DNA of 64,000 nt from Candidatus Saccharimonadales bacterium (lineage in GTDB: Bacteria > Patescibacteriota > Saccharimonadia > Saccharimonadales > UBA4665): contig DATIJG010000008.1 of NCBI GenBank assembly GCA_035478775.1, positions 56,354 to 120,353 of the forward strand, in the 5' to 3' direction. The notes under the pieces were generated by a model that searched no databases, was not told the DNA's origin, and saw only the letters and a list, made by a program, of their open reading frames with translations. Shown here piece by piece: positions 18,380 to 27,095 of the stretch (position 1 is the stretch's first letter; each line of letters starts with the position of its first letter). A program made the position numbers and the translations under genes.

Positions 18380-19279
18380 TTAGGCGTCGATTGGGCGCCA
18401 GACGGGCTTACCTTCTTCGTTGTCAATGTGGCCAAACACCATGTCAGGGAAGTGGTCGCCATATCCGATCACATCAGGCTCAGCCAATGTTTCGATAAGG
18501 GTACGGTGCGCTTTTATAGACTGCTCACGGTCGTGGTCAACCTCGGTAGGCAAATCAGGATTTTCAAATTGAACAAGAGTATGGACGATATCGCCAAAGG
18601 CCATAACCTGTTTTTCGCCAGCCTTGATTACATAGGTAGTATGCCCAGTGCTATGGCCTGGAACGAACTTAGCATGGACGCCTGGGAAGATTTCCTCGCC
18701 GTCGCCTATGGTCTGCACTCGCGGCTCCATAGCCTTCAGCATGTCACTACTTACGCCTGTCATTTCAGCGAGATGGCGTTGAGTCCACTCGGGTTCTGAC
18801 ACCAGATACTTAGCGTTCGTGAACGCAGGTTGATCAGTGCCGGGAGCAGGGTGCCAAGCCCACCCGATGTGGTCGATATGCAAGTGCGTGAAGGCGACTG
18901 CCTCGATATCCGCGGGATTACGACCAAGTTTGGCGAGACTGTCGAGTAGCTTACCGCCACTTAGGCTGATGCCATATGGGTTTTGGGACGCATCTATTGT
19001 AAGCGGGCCGGCACCTGCATCAATAAGTAGCGCACGACCGTCGCGTTCTACTAGTAGCGCGCCCACACTGCCTACTAAACGTCCAGCCTCATCGAGGTAC
19101 TCTGAATATTTTTCTGCCCAGTCTTTATCAGTGGTATCTGGAAACCAGATCAAAGGATCAAAGGTAACCACACCATCTGGCACGAAGCTGATTTTTGTGT
19201 CTCCTAGTGTAAGCGATCTGATACCTGACGGCCGCCTGAGTCGCTCACCTTTGTCTAAGTTTAATGTAGTATGTTTCAT
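18380..19279 (-). CDS. Metallo-beta-lactamase-fold hydrolase (lactonase-like)
   Basis: 299 aa. HxHxDH motif FTHLHIDHIGW. Confidence 0.8.
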   Translation of the reverse strand: MKHTTLNLDKGERLRRPSGIRSLTLGDTKISFVPDGVVTFDPLIWFPDTTDKDWAEKYSEYLDEAGRLVGSVGALLVERDGRALLIDAGAGPLTIDASQNPYGISLSGGKLLDSLAKLGRNPADIEAVAFTHLHIDHIGWAWHPAPGTDQPAFTNAKYLVSEPEWTQRHLAEMTGVSSDMLKAMEPRVQTIGDGEEIFPGVHAKFVPGHSTGHTTYVIKAGEKQVMAFGDIVHTLVQFENPDLPTEVDHDREQSIKAHRTLIETLAEPDVIGYGDHFPDMVFGHIDNEEGKPVWRPIDA

Positions 19280-19319
19280 GAAATTCCTCCAGCTTTATTT
19301 TCATTACATAGCCTACCAT

Positions 19320-19355
19320 AAAGTACTATCATTTTGATAGTACTTTTATTATAAT
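19320..19355 (+). promoter_or_regulatory. 12-bp perfect inverted repeat (candidate HxlR operator) plus TATAAT -10 in the divergent MBL/HxlR intergenic region
   Basis: AAAGTACTATCA-ttt-TGATAGTACTTT (19320..19346), then TATAAT at 19350..19355, 13 nt before the ATG at 19369. Confidence 0.5.
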
Positions 19356-19368
19356 CTATAATGAATTT

Positions 19369-19821
19369 ATGAACTTACACGAATTACGATCTGATTGCCC
19401 AATAAATTATGTTACTGAGCTCCTTGGAGACAAGTGGAGCTTTCTTATTTTGCGTGACATTGTTTTTCAGCATAAGAGTTCCTATGGTGACTTTCTCGGC
19501 TCAAAAGAAAAGATCGCTCCTAGTATTTTGGCTCGCCGTCTTGCTTCGCTTCATGATAATGGCTTCTTAAGAAAGCAGCGAGATCCCGAGAATAAAGCAA
19601 AGTTCATTTATAGCCCGACAGATAAAACAATTGGCCTCATCCCTCTCTTGGTTGAGATGATGTTGTGGAGTGAGCAATACTCATCCTTGTTTATATCTAA
19701 GGAGCGTCAGGCAGACTTACGAAAGATTCATTCTAATAAAGAAGCCTTCGTCCAAGAAACGCGAGAACATATCCTAACTCAAGCATCAAAGTATAAAGAC
19801 AAAAAAGCCCATAGCCACTAA
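19369..19821 (+). CDS. HxlR-family transcriptional regulator
   Basis: 150 aa. CPINYVTELLGDKWSFLILRDI is typical of the HxlR winged helix. Confidence 0.8.
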   Translation: MNLHELRSDCPINYVTELLGDKWSFLILRDIVFQHKSSYGDFLGSKEKIAPSILARRLASLHDNGFLRKQRDPENKAKFIYSPTDKTIGLIPLLVEMMLWSEQYSSLFISKERQADLRKIHSNKEAFVQETREHILTQASKYKDKKAHSH

Positions 19822-19939
19822 CCCTTATTGTGGCATCGCATGATTATCGCCGACGGTATCGTGCGGTTAATAACACGGCATGTACCTGCTTATTGTAGAG
19901 CTAATTAGATAGAAATTCCGATATATGTGGTCATATTTT

Positions 19940-20536
19940 CTATGTGCCTTGTAGCCCCTGGATTTTAGTCTTCCTCGGTATCGTTACCAGCACTGCTATC
20001 GCTGTGTCAAATACAAATAAATAGAGTGGATACAATACAAGATAGGGCTCAAGCTTCGTCAGGGCGCACAAGCTAAATGCTGCCGCTACAGAATACATTA
20101 TCCATGCTGTTTTATTTTCCGTATAGGGTTCAAAGTAAACCTTCTTGAGTTTCGGTGCAAAGCCACAGGTGGAGGCAAGCATTGTGAGATATAGCGCAGT
20201 GTGCGGATTCCCGGTTGCTTTCCAGCCAACGATACCAACAACAGCTCCAAGTAGACAAAAGATATCCAACTTTGAAGTTCCACCGACACCATGTTTGAGA
20301 GCAAGTAAGAATACAGCGATCCCGCAAACAGCATTTACGCATGGCAATAGTGCTGTTGCCCGCGCTCCTGATGCAACATAACTAGTGGCTCCAACAATAC
20401 CGGTTAATGCCCAAATACCGACCGTTGCGCGATTGGGCTTAGTTTCACCTCTGAGAATACTTCTGAAGTACGGCCAGTAGGAAGCGAGGCCAATGATAGC
20501 AGCAAGAATACCGAAGATAGTGTGAAGCTTAGGCAT
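19940..20536 (-). CDS. Integral membrane protein (about 6 TMS), unknown function
   Basis: 198-aa hydrophobic ORF. Confidence 0.55.
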   Translation of the reverse strand: MPKLHTIFGILAAIIGLASYWPYFRSILRGETKPNRATVGIWALTGIVGATSYVASGARATALLPCVNAVCGIAVFLLALKHGVGGTSKLDIFCLLGAVVGIVGWKATGNPHTALYLTMLASTCGFAPKLKKVYFEPYTENKTAWIMYSVAAAFSLCALTKLEPYLVLYPLYLFVFDTAIAVLVTIPRKTKIQGLQGT

Positions 20537-20715
20537 TGGTTAGCTCTTTAGCCTTTTATATTCTTTTCTGGCTTCACCTTGCTTGCAAAGCCAGAAATTT
20601 TATCAGCTGGATATATCTTTTTATATTCATTAGTCTCAGTGTAGCATTTATTCTTTATGCGTGAAATTTTACCCAAACGAGCATGCGTAAGGCAAATACG
20701 ATGCAACAGAGGTAG

Positions 20716-20743
20716 ACAAAAAGAATGAGTCAAATACTCATTC
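20716..20743 (-). terminator. Intrinsic terminator-like hairpin (minus strand)
   Basis: Minus strand reads GAATGAGT-atttg-ACTCATTC followed by TTTTTG. Confidence 0.4.
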
Positions 20744-20932
20744 TGATATAACCTTTTGCAATCTGCTAGATCGCGAAATAATAACTTGGCAGGGGCTCGA
20801 GAATGGGAACATAACCTTTACGGATGAGTTAGATTTTGAGATTTCGGAGTTTGACTATACCTATGAAGACAACGCACTTTGACATAAGTAGCTGAAGAGA
20901 CTTTACAGCCTTATTTAATTTAAGGCCACAGC

Positions 20933-21793
20933 TTAAACATCTTCTACATAAAGTTCAGGGGCTAGCAGGTTAATATCGTCAATACTGTATGGCTCCTCCA
21001 TACCTGCAATGTGGGCCCCGACTTGCTGATGAGTAATAAGGTGAGCGGCAATTCGCAGCGGTGCGGTGAAGTTTACATTTAGCTGTTTGAAAGAGCTGAC
21101 ATCGTCTACATCTCCTGGTCCGACAAAGCGTGCTTTATAAGAGCCGCTTTTACTTCCCGGGATACGCAATGGTACTGCAATACCCTCGCGTTGAATCCAA
21201 TCTGTCATGGTCCTGTTTGCGAATGTCATACTAGCATCGACCAGTTGCCGGCAAAATCGTTGATTGAGCGGCGCTACTGGCTCAGTACGACCAAGCCAGC
21301 GTTGCGCAAAGTATCCCAAATCTTCAGGTAGTTGCTGGGATTGGTGGCTGATATGCAAGTTGACGGTACTTATCCAGGCTGGCATGATAGTTGGCTCTTC
21401 CACGGGCTTGACATCTGCATCAAATTGTTGAGTTAGTAACATGGCTCTGCACCTTTTTCCACGTAACTCCATGGCGCGTATAACGTATCCGGCGAGCATT
21501 AGATTGTCGACCTGGCGGTTATGGGAGTAGTAACTGTGGCGTTGCTCAATTGCCCGTTGTGTTTGCTCGTGATCGGGTGATAGCTGCGAGCCATCTACGA
21601 TCGCTACTTCGAGCTTAAAGGAGCTTTGGCTGTTTCTCGTAACTCGCATGGCGTCATCAATTTCCCGCGGGCCTAAGCCGTCAATAGAGAAAAAGGGCTG
21701 GCCCGTACAGTCTACTCGTATATTGTCGTTGAGACCAGTTACTTGCAAATAATTTTTCGACTTTGTTTTTCTTGGTGAAGGTCTTCGAGGCAT
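20933..21793 (-). CDS. Stand-alone RNB (RNase II/R catalytic) domain protein
   Basis: Start trimmed to MPRRPSPRK (ATG 21793). Motif I IDGLGPREIDDA, VAIVDGS (compare HIADVS), motif IV FTAPLRIAAHLITHQQV (compare TSPIRRYxDLxxHR). No CSD or S1 domains. Confidence 0.6.
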   Translation of the reverse strand: MPRRPSPRKTKSKNYLQVTGLNDNIRVDCTGQPFFSIDGLGPREIDDAMRVTRNSQSSFKLEVAIVDGSQLSPDHEQTQRAIEQRHSYYSHNRQVDNLMLAGYVIRAMELRGKRCRAMLLTQQFDADVKPVEEPTIMPAWISTVNLHISHQSQQLPEDLGYFAQRWLGRTEPVAPLNQRFCRQLVDASMTFANRTMTDWIQREGIAVPLRIPGSKSGSYKARFVGPGDVDDVSSFKQLNVNFTAPLRIAAHLITHQQVGAHIAGMEEPYSIDDINLLAPELYVEDV

Positions 21794-22063
21794 AACTAAA
21801 AAATTATATAATAACACGTAGACTAGGGCAAATATAGTGGAGTAATAGTCACGGTATTGTAGTATAAGATACGTCAATATAATTACGCTTATGCTCTCTA
21901 ATTAAATTAATCAATGGAAGCGTAGACTTGACTAATATATTGCATTATATTTGCTACTATATAGGTGTCGCATGCCGAGCTGTATGATGACCTCTTGATG
22001 CGCCCCTAGGGACGCTGATTGTTTTTATAGGATGTGCTGTCAGACCAGCTACGCGCTCTTCGG

Positions 22064-22329
22064 CTAGACGGTCATTACTACAAGTGTTTCATCAATATCA
22101 CAGGCCAGCACCAAGTCTTGTTCCGGGCTTATTCGTCTCATCCCAATACCTCTCGTGCAGCGATTAGGCCATGCTCAATAATTACTAGCTCGTCAGGCTG
22201 CATAGTGCCAGCTTCCACAAAGCCACGCACCGCTTCTATGGGAAATGTCCGTTCGGCTGGCTGATCGGGGTCGGTAGGCACCTGCAGCCCATGTTCTGTG
22301 GTTGCCCAAAGATTTCGACAACCAAGCTT
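22064..22329 (-). pseudogene. Decayed gene remnants (unknown C-terminal fragment plus 25-codon HAD-like N-terminus)
   Basis: Start-less frame 22329..22138 (...NLWATTEHGLQVPTDPDQPAERTFPIEAVRGFVEAGTMQPDELVIIEHGLIAAREVLG-stop). It overlaps by ATGA a 25-aa ORF, MRRISPEQDLVLACDIDETLVVMTV-stop, which carries the DxDxT motif. Confidence 0.35.
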
Positions 22330-22398
22330 TTATAAAAATCCTGAAAGTTTATTACTAGCCACAGGCCGCCTAAGCATCGTGAGGCGTAGCACCGGATC

Positions 22399-22968
22399 CT
22401 AGACAGTAGCAGCACTATCGCAAGCAGAAAATAAAAACTCTACATTAGCAGGGGCAATAGTGTTGGTTGCTCCGCTTATATTGTTTGAATCCTCTTGGAA
22501 GGTGAAACCCTTTTCATTACTCATCAAACCACCTAGCACATCTGTTTCAAGCAGACCTGCTGCTTGACTAGCTTGCTCTTGAGTAAACTTACCTCCAGCC
22601 TGAGTGGAGTCATAGCCAACCAGCGTGTGCATTAAAAAGGTAACCGATTTAGGAACTCGCAGCCTTGCCGTTGCTCCTATAACACTGCCTGCTATAGTCC
22701 GCTCAGCCGTCGCCTGAAGGCTGGGTCTATCTGTATTCAGAAGGTCGCCCAAGCCAATATTATCGGTTCTCACATTAAAGTCGTACTGAGCTACATGATT
22801 ACACGCTTGAGCCAAGCTAGAAGGGCCCGGACTAGGTGCTATGCCGTCGCCCGAGCCTTTGCTGGCACACGCCGAAATAGCAAAGCCTACAACAGCACCA
22901 AAAGCAACTGCTTTAGTAGCTCTTGATACTTCTCCACCATTGCCTTCAGCGCTTTTCCTACTTTTCAT
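22399..22968 (-). CDS. Putative lipoprotein, unknown function
   Basis: 189 aa. Signal peptide with lipobox AISAC. Confidence 0.55.
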   Translation of the reverse strand: MKSRKSAEGNGGEVSRATKAVAFGAVVGFAISACASKGSGDGIAPSPGPSSLAQACNHVAQYDFNVRTDNIGLGDLLNTDRPSLQATAERTIAGSVIGATARLRVPKSVTFLMHTLVGYDSTQAGGKFTQEQASQAAGLLETDVLGGLMSNEKGFTFQEDSNNISGATNTIAPANVEFLFSACDSAATV

Positions 22969-23089
22969 ATAGATAGTTTAAACAAAAAATCAGAGATATG
23001 AAACTATATTTGGGTGTTCCTAACACGCTTACGCTAAACCCGCTAAATGGGTACGCTTAACACTTTACACAAAAGAACCTGTTGAGGCA

Positions 23090-23151
23090 TTTTCGTATCT
23101 GTTACTAAACTTGGCAGTCCTAGCAGGACTTCTCTCGAACCTTTAACAAAG
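23090..23151 (-). repeat. tRNA-3'-end-like repeat, copy E
   Basis: TTTCGTATCTGTTACTAAACTTGGCAGTCCTAGCAGGACTTCTCTCGAACCTTTAACAAAG. Hairpin AGTCC-TAGCA-GGACT. Confidence 0.6.
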
Positions 23152-23160
23152 TAAAATTAT

Positions 23161-24342
23161 TTAAATAGATGCAGGTTCGTCGAGCGGAACATCTTTGTGA
23201 ATACGGACACGATAATGCGTGTATAGCAGGTATGCCACTGCTGGCAGTTTGGCAAGAGCAAGGATAATAAGAGCTAATTGGATCGATCTTGTTGCCACGG
23301 CACCCGCAGCCCACACAAGTCCACCTCCTAGAATATTACGCGTACTGCTCGCCAGAGAAAGCATCGCGGCGCGTTGGCCGGTAATGATGCGGTTCAGGAT
23401 TGTAGACATGTACACCCGAAAGTAGTTCTCGGTGGCCAGAAAAATTGTCAGTGCGACAATACTGACTACCTTTTGGTCGAGGCCGAAAGAAACGAGCGTT
23501 ATGAGCATCACCGGAAAAGCGACAAGCAGATCTCTGAGACCAAAGTCTTTATGTCGGGCGAGTATAGACCCTACAATCGCGGCACCTTTATAGAGTGCAA
23601 ACACCAAGCCGAAACTTGCTACACTAAGCCCGATGTTTTCCATATGCGGCTGCCAGAGTATACGCCCGCTCTCATAAATAAGTGCCAGCGCGATCAATAG
23701 CGGCAAAAGTGGAACTGTCTGATGCAGCGCCTTTCGGACGGAGTGCCATGTCATATGTATCGGCTCGGCGTTCATGACACCGCGACGCGAGTGCGGCAAA
23801 CCGAACTGTACATAACATGCGTGTACGGCAAGCAATGCTGCCGCTACGACGAGCGGCCAGCGAAGATCATCGACAACAAAAAGCAAAAGACTAGAAAAAG
23901 CCATACCAATAACTGTTGCTGCCTCATCGACAATAGTTATATTGGCGAATGTCCTTTGGTATTGCCGTTTGTCTTTCAGAAGGTCGTCATGCACATATGC
24001 CTCGTCTGCTCCCGTGCTGAACGCCCATCCAGTACCACTCAAAACAGCGGCAATCACAAACATGGTGAGCGAGTTGCCAACCGCTAAGAAAATAGTTGCT
24101 GCAGCCTGGAACATCGCTCCGATTAACAATGATCTTTTATTGCTAATCTTGTCGGCGATAAAGCCCGCCGGGACTTCAAACAGTGCAGTCGTGAGGAGAA
24201 TAAGCGACTCTGTAAATGCAGCTTGGCCTACGCTAAGACCGCTCTGCAATTTCCAAGCGATAGAAATCGGTATCATTAAACCAAACCCGAAGTGTTCGAT
24301 AGCTACTTTTATGTAGTATTTCATAGCTCTAGTATACGGCAT
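23161..24342 (-). CDS. MFS transporter
   Basis: Polytopic ORF. Start is uncertain (ATG 24342 or 24324; the track start 24471 adds a non-hydrophobic, Tyr-rich extension). Confidence 0.65.
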   Translation of the reverse strand: MPYTRAMKYYIKVAIEHFGFGLMIPISIAWKLQSGLSVGQAAFTESLILLTTALFEVPAGFIADKISNKRSLLIGAMFQAAATIFLAVGNSLTMFVIAAVLSGTGWAFSTGADEAYVHDDLLKDKRQYQRTFANITIVDEAATVIGMAFSSLLLFVVDDLRWPLVVAAALLAVHACYVQFGLPHSRRGVMNAEPIHMTWHSVRKALHQTVPLLPLLIALALIYESGRILWQPHMENIGLSVASFGLVFALYKGAAIVGSILARHKDFGLRDLLVAFPVMLITLVSFGLDQKVVSIVALTIFLATENYFRVYMSTILNRIITGQRAAMLSLASSTRNILGGGLVWAAGAVATRSIQLALIILALAKLPAVAYLLYTHYRVRIHKDVPLDEPASI

Positions 24343-24599
24343 GGTCTGAAGATATTGGGCATGTTGAATTATACGCCGAATGTATGTATTATCAACATAT
24401 TGCTTGTGCTTATAGTAGTAAGAGCGGAGTTGGAATGCATACTTTACATTTAGAACATAAGGACATAGCAAGGCTTAAAACTGCATTGAGTGACGAGCTT
24501 GAAGTAGAACCTAAGGCGAACGAAGTTTTTAGACGCCTCGGTCAACAAGGTCTTACAAAAATACTTACGGAGTAAGCTTCGAACGTCGCATCTCAACTT

Positions 24600-25325
24600 G
24601 TGCAGTCAAAGAATAGGTTAACTCAAGGCGCTGGCGCTGTTGTTTTAAGAGGACTGGCGATAAGTAGCGAGTCGCCAGAGCTTGCACAACTAGCCTCAAT
24701 TACCATTGGCAGTGCTTACGGAAGACCTACAAAAACTGATAAACAGTTATCTCAGATAGCGTGGCCGGTAAGATTCGATCCGGATGCGCCCATACGCTCC
24801 ACCTTTTCACAAACTAAGGGCGAGGCACAGCTCCATACTGATTCCCAATATTTTGAACATCCAGAGAAGTTTTTCGGATTATTCTGTATCGTAGCAGATG
24901 AGCAGGGAAAAGGCACAAACACTCTCGTCTATGCAAAAGATGTGGTGCATGCAGTAGCCAAAGAAAGTCCAGAGTCTCTTGAAGTGCTTTCTAAGAAGTA
25001 TCCATTCCGCGTCCCAACCGCGTTCACTGAAATGGCGACAGATTCAGCAGTAGAAATAACATGGGCGCCAATTATTACAATGGGCACAGTGCGGTATCGT
25101 TACGACACTCTGTGTGACGGAATTGCCGCAGTAGGAGGTATTGATGAGGCTCAGCTTACGGCATTAGCCCTATTTGAGCAAAAATTAGCAGAAGCGCCGT
25201 CACAAGCCTACCATCTCTCTCCCGACGAAGCGCTGCTAGTTAATAATCATACTATGCTGCATGCTCGTACGCCCTTTGATAACCCTGAGCGTCTATTGTA
25301 TCGAGTAAGGATGGAGGAGCCATGA
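24600..25325 (+). CDS. TauD/TfdA (clavaminate-synthase-like) Fe(II)/2-oxoglutarate dioxygenase; N-terminal part may be cut off by an in-frame TAA
   Basis: HxD facial-triad motif LHTDSQY, distal NNHTMLHARTPF, GAVVLRGL strand. ORF 24384..24575 is in the same frame, separated only by TAA at 24573..24575. Confidence 0.65.
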   Translation: MQSKNRLTQGAGAVVLRGLAISSESPELAQLASITIGSAYGRPTKTDKQLSQIAWPVRFDPDAPIRSTFSQTKGEAQLHTDSQYFEHPEKFFGLFCIVADEQGKGTNTLVYAKDVVHAVAKESPESLEVLSKKYPFRVPTAFTEMATDSAVEITWAPIITMGTVRYRYDTLCDGIAAVGGIDEAQLTALALFEQKLAEAPSQAYHLSPDEALLVNNHTMLHARTPFDNPERLLYRVRMEEP

Positions 25326-26113
25326 TTTCGAAACTGCCATATAAACGTGCAATTATAACAGGAGCCAGTTCTGGCATCGGCGCAGAGATAGCCCTCCAAT
25401 TATGTCAAGCCGGAGTTATAGTTTATGCTGTAGCACGTACTAAATCCAAACTACAAGAAGTACAAAAGCAGCTCAGCAAGACGCAGCAGAAACGCTTTAT
25501 AGTTCTGGCAAAAGATTTGCAATCAGCTACTGATATTGAAGAGATATTACATGAGACAACCTCGAACGGCCCCATTGACCTGCTGGTAAATAATGCAGGA
25601 GTTGGTTTTAGTAAACGATTCGAGGAACTCTCACCTCATGAGATTGAAACAATGATTGCAACCAATCTCATAGGTCCAGTGCGTCTAACCCACGGCATAC
25701 TCAAAAAACACGATCAGGCACAGCCTCTGCAGATCGTATTTGTGACCTCATTAGCTGGTAAAGTCGGGTTTGGTGAGCTATCTGTTTACTCTGCAACTAA
25801 GTTCGCACTTGAGGGTATAGGCGAGGCATTACGCATGGAATATACTAACACGCCAATTTCTATAACCGTTCTTCGGCCAGGTATTACAGATACTGCATTT
25901 TTCCACAAAGCAGGCATGAGTGATTTCAAGAGGTCGGTAGAAGGTACTAAGTCTTTTTATTCTGCCCAACAAGTTGCAACTGAGTTCCTGGGCAAAATTA
26001 CTGCCTGTCCCCCTGCGATCGTAGTGGGCAACGATAAATATTTTTTAAAGCTTTTACCGTTTATCCCGTTCAGACACAGGTTTAAAATTCTTAACATTGT
26101 TAATAAGATTTAG
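25322..26113 (+). CDS. Short-chain dehydrogenase/reductase (SDR)
   Basis: TGxxxGxG ITGASSGIGAEIA and catalytic YSATKFALEG. Overlaps the previous gene by 4 nt (ATGA). Confidence 0.85.
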   Translation: MISKLPYKRAIITGASSGIGAEIALQLCQAGVIVYAVARTKSKLQEVQKQLSKTQQKRFIVLAKDLQSATDIEEILHETTSNGPIDLLVNNAGVGFSKRFEELSPHEIETMIATNLIGPVRLTHGILKKHDQAQPLQIVFVTSLAGKVGFGELSVYSATKFALEGIGEALRMEYTNTPISITVLRPGITDTAFFHKAGMSDFKRSVEGTKSFYSAQQVATEFLGKITACPPAIVVGNDKYFLKLLPFIPFRHRFKILNIVNKI

Positions 26114-26123
26114 GAGATTCTAT

Positions 26124-27095
26124 ATGAATAACGGTATCATTGACCCAGTCAACCACAAGTTAACGCAAAATGACCTCGAAGCAGACAACTATAAAAGTTT
26201 CCTGGACGAGCTAACCGACGTGCCATCCTCTGTGCCGCTCAAGTCATTTTCCATCAACAAAGCAGGTATTAGCGGACAAATGGCTTACATAAAAGTACGC
26301 TCACTGTTTAGTGACCAATATGTACCCGTACTGTGCCAAATCAAGATGCAAGTCACGCTTGAAGGCCACCGCGGCATCCACATGTCGCGTTGCGAGGAAG
26401 CACTCTTTGCGCTCATGCAGGAAGAACACGATTCGCTAGATGAACTTGCGAGTCGACTTGCCATGAAGCTACGTAATCTCCAATCCGCTGATGCCGCATT
26501 CGTAGAAATCGAGGGCACATATATAGCTGAGCGTAAGACTATTAAGACAAGGCGTACATCACATGACCGCATGACCTTATTTGCAAACGCCCAGGCCACC
26601 GCTACAGGCATAGAGCGCCAGATTGGTATCGCAGCTTTTAATATGACAGGCTGCCCTTGTACCGAGACATTTACAAAATTCTCCGTAGCGCCTAAGCTAC
26701 TCGAAACAGGTCTAACGCTCGATCAAGTTAACGAGATACTTTCTATAACCAACTCAGGAACGCATACGCAACGCGGACAAGCAAAGATAATGCTCGACAA
26801 GCCCCGTGACGGAGTTACTTACAAGATGCTCTACGATATTCTAGACGAGAGCTGCCACTTAGTGTTCGAGCTGCTGAAGCGTGCCGACGAGCATGAACTC
26901 GTTGTTCGAGTGCTCCGTAAACCGCAGTTTACCGAAGATGTTGTTCGCGACATTATTGACGTCTGTATACGCAAAGCCGGGCGGTACCTCGAAAAGGAAT
27001 CTCGTATTTTTGCATCTTCGGTACTTTTCGACAGCATTCACATTCATGATGTATGTACGGAAATAGAAAGATCCTACGGTGAACTCACTGCCTAG
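26124..27095 (+). CDS. folE2: GTP cyclohydrolase FolE2/MptA-family (COG1469) protein, divergent
   Basis: ATG at 26124 after AGGAG. Family motifs appear in order: GIHMSRC, MTGCPCTE, GTHTQRG, LLKRADEHELVVRVLRKPQFTEDVVRDI, DSIHIHD. Confidence 0.65.
   Translation: MNNGIIDPVNHKLTQNDLEADNYKSFLDELTDVPSSVPLKSFSINKAGISGQMAYIKVRSLFSDQYVPVLCQIKMQVTLEGHRGIHMSRCEEALFALMQEEHDSLDELASRLAMKLRNLQSADAAFVEIEGTYIAERKTIKTRRTSHDRMTLFANAQATATGIERQIGIAAFNMTGCPCTETFTKFSVAPKLLETGLTLDQVNEILSITNSGTHTQRGQAKIMLDKPRDGVTYKMLYDILDESCHLVFELLKRADEHELVVRVLRKPQFTEDVVRDIIDVCIRKAGRYLEKESRIFASSVLFDSIHIHDVCTEIERSYGELTA

Noticed and set aside
24573-24575. Alternative genetic code (stop-codon reassignment) as the explanation for the in-frame TAA.
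   Set aside because: All other long genes in the window close normally with TAA/TAG/TGA under code 11, and none needs readthrough. A single event fits a mutation or error better than recoding.
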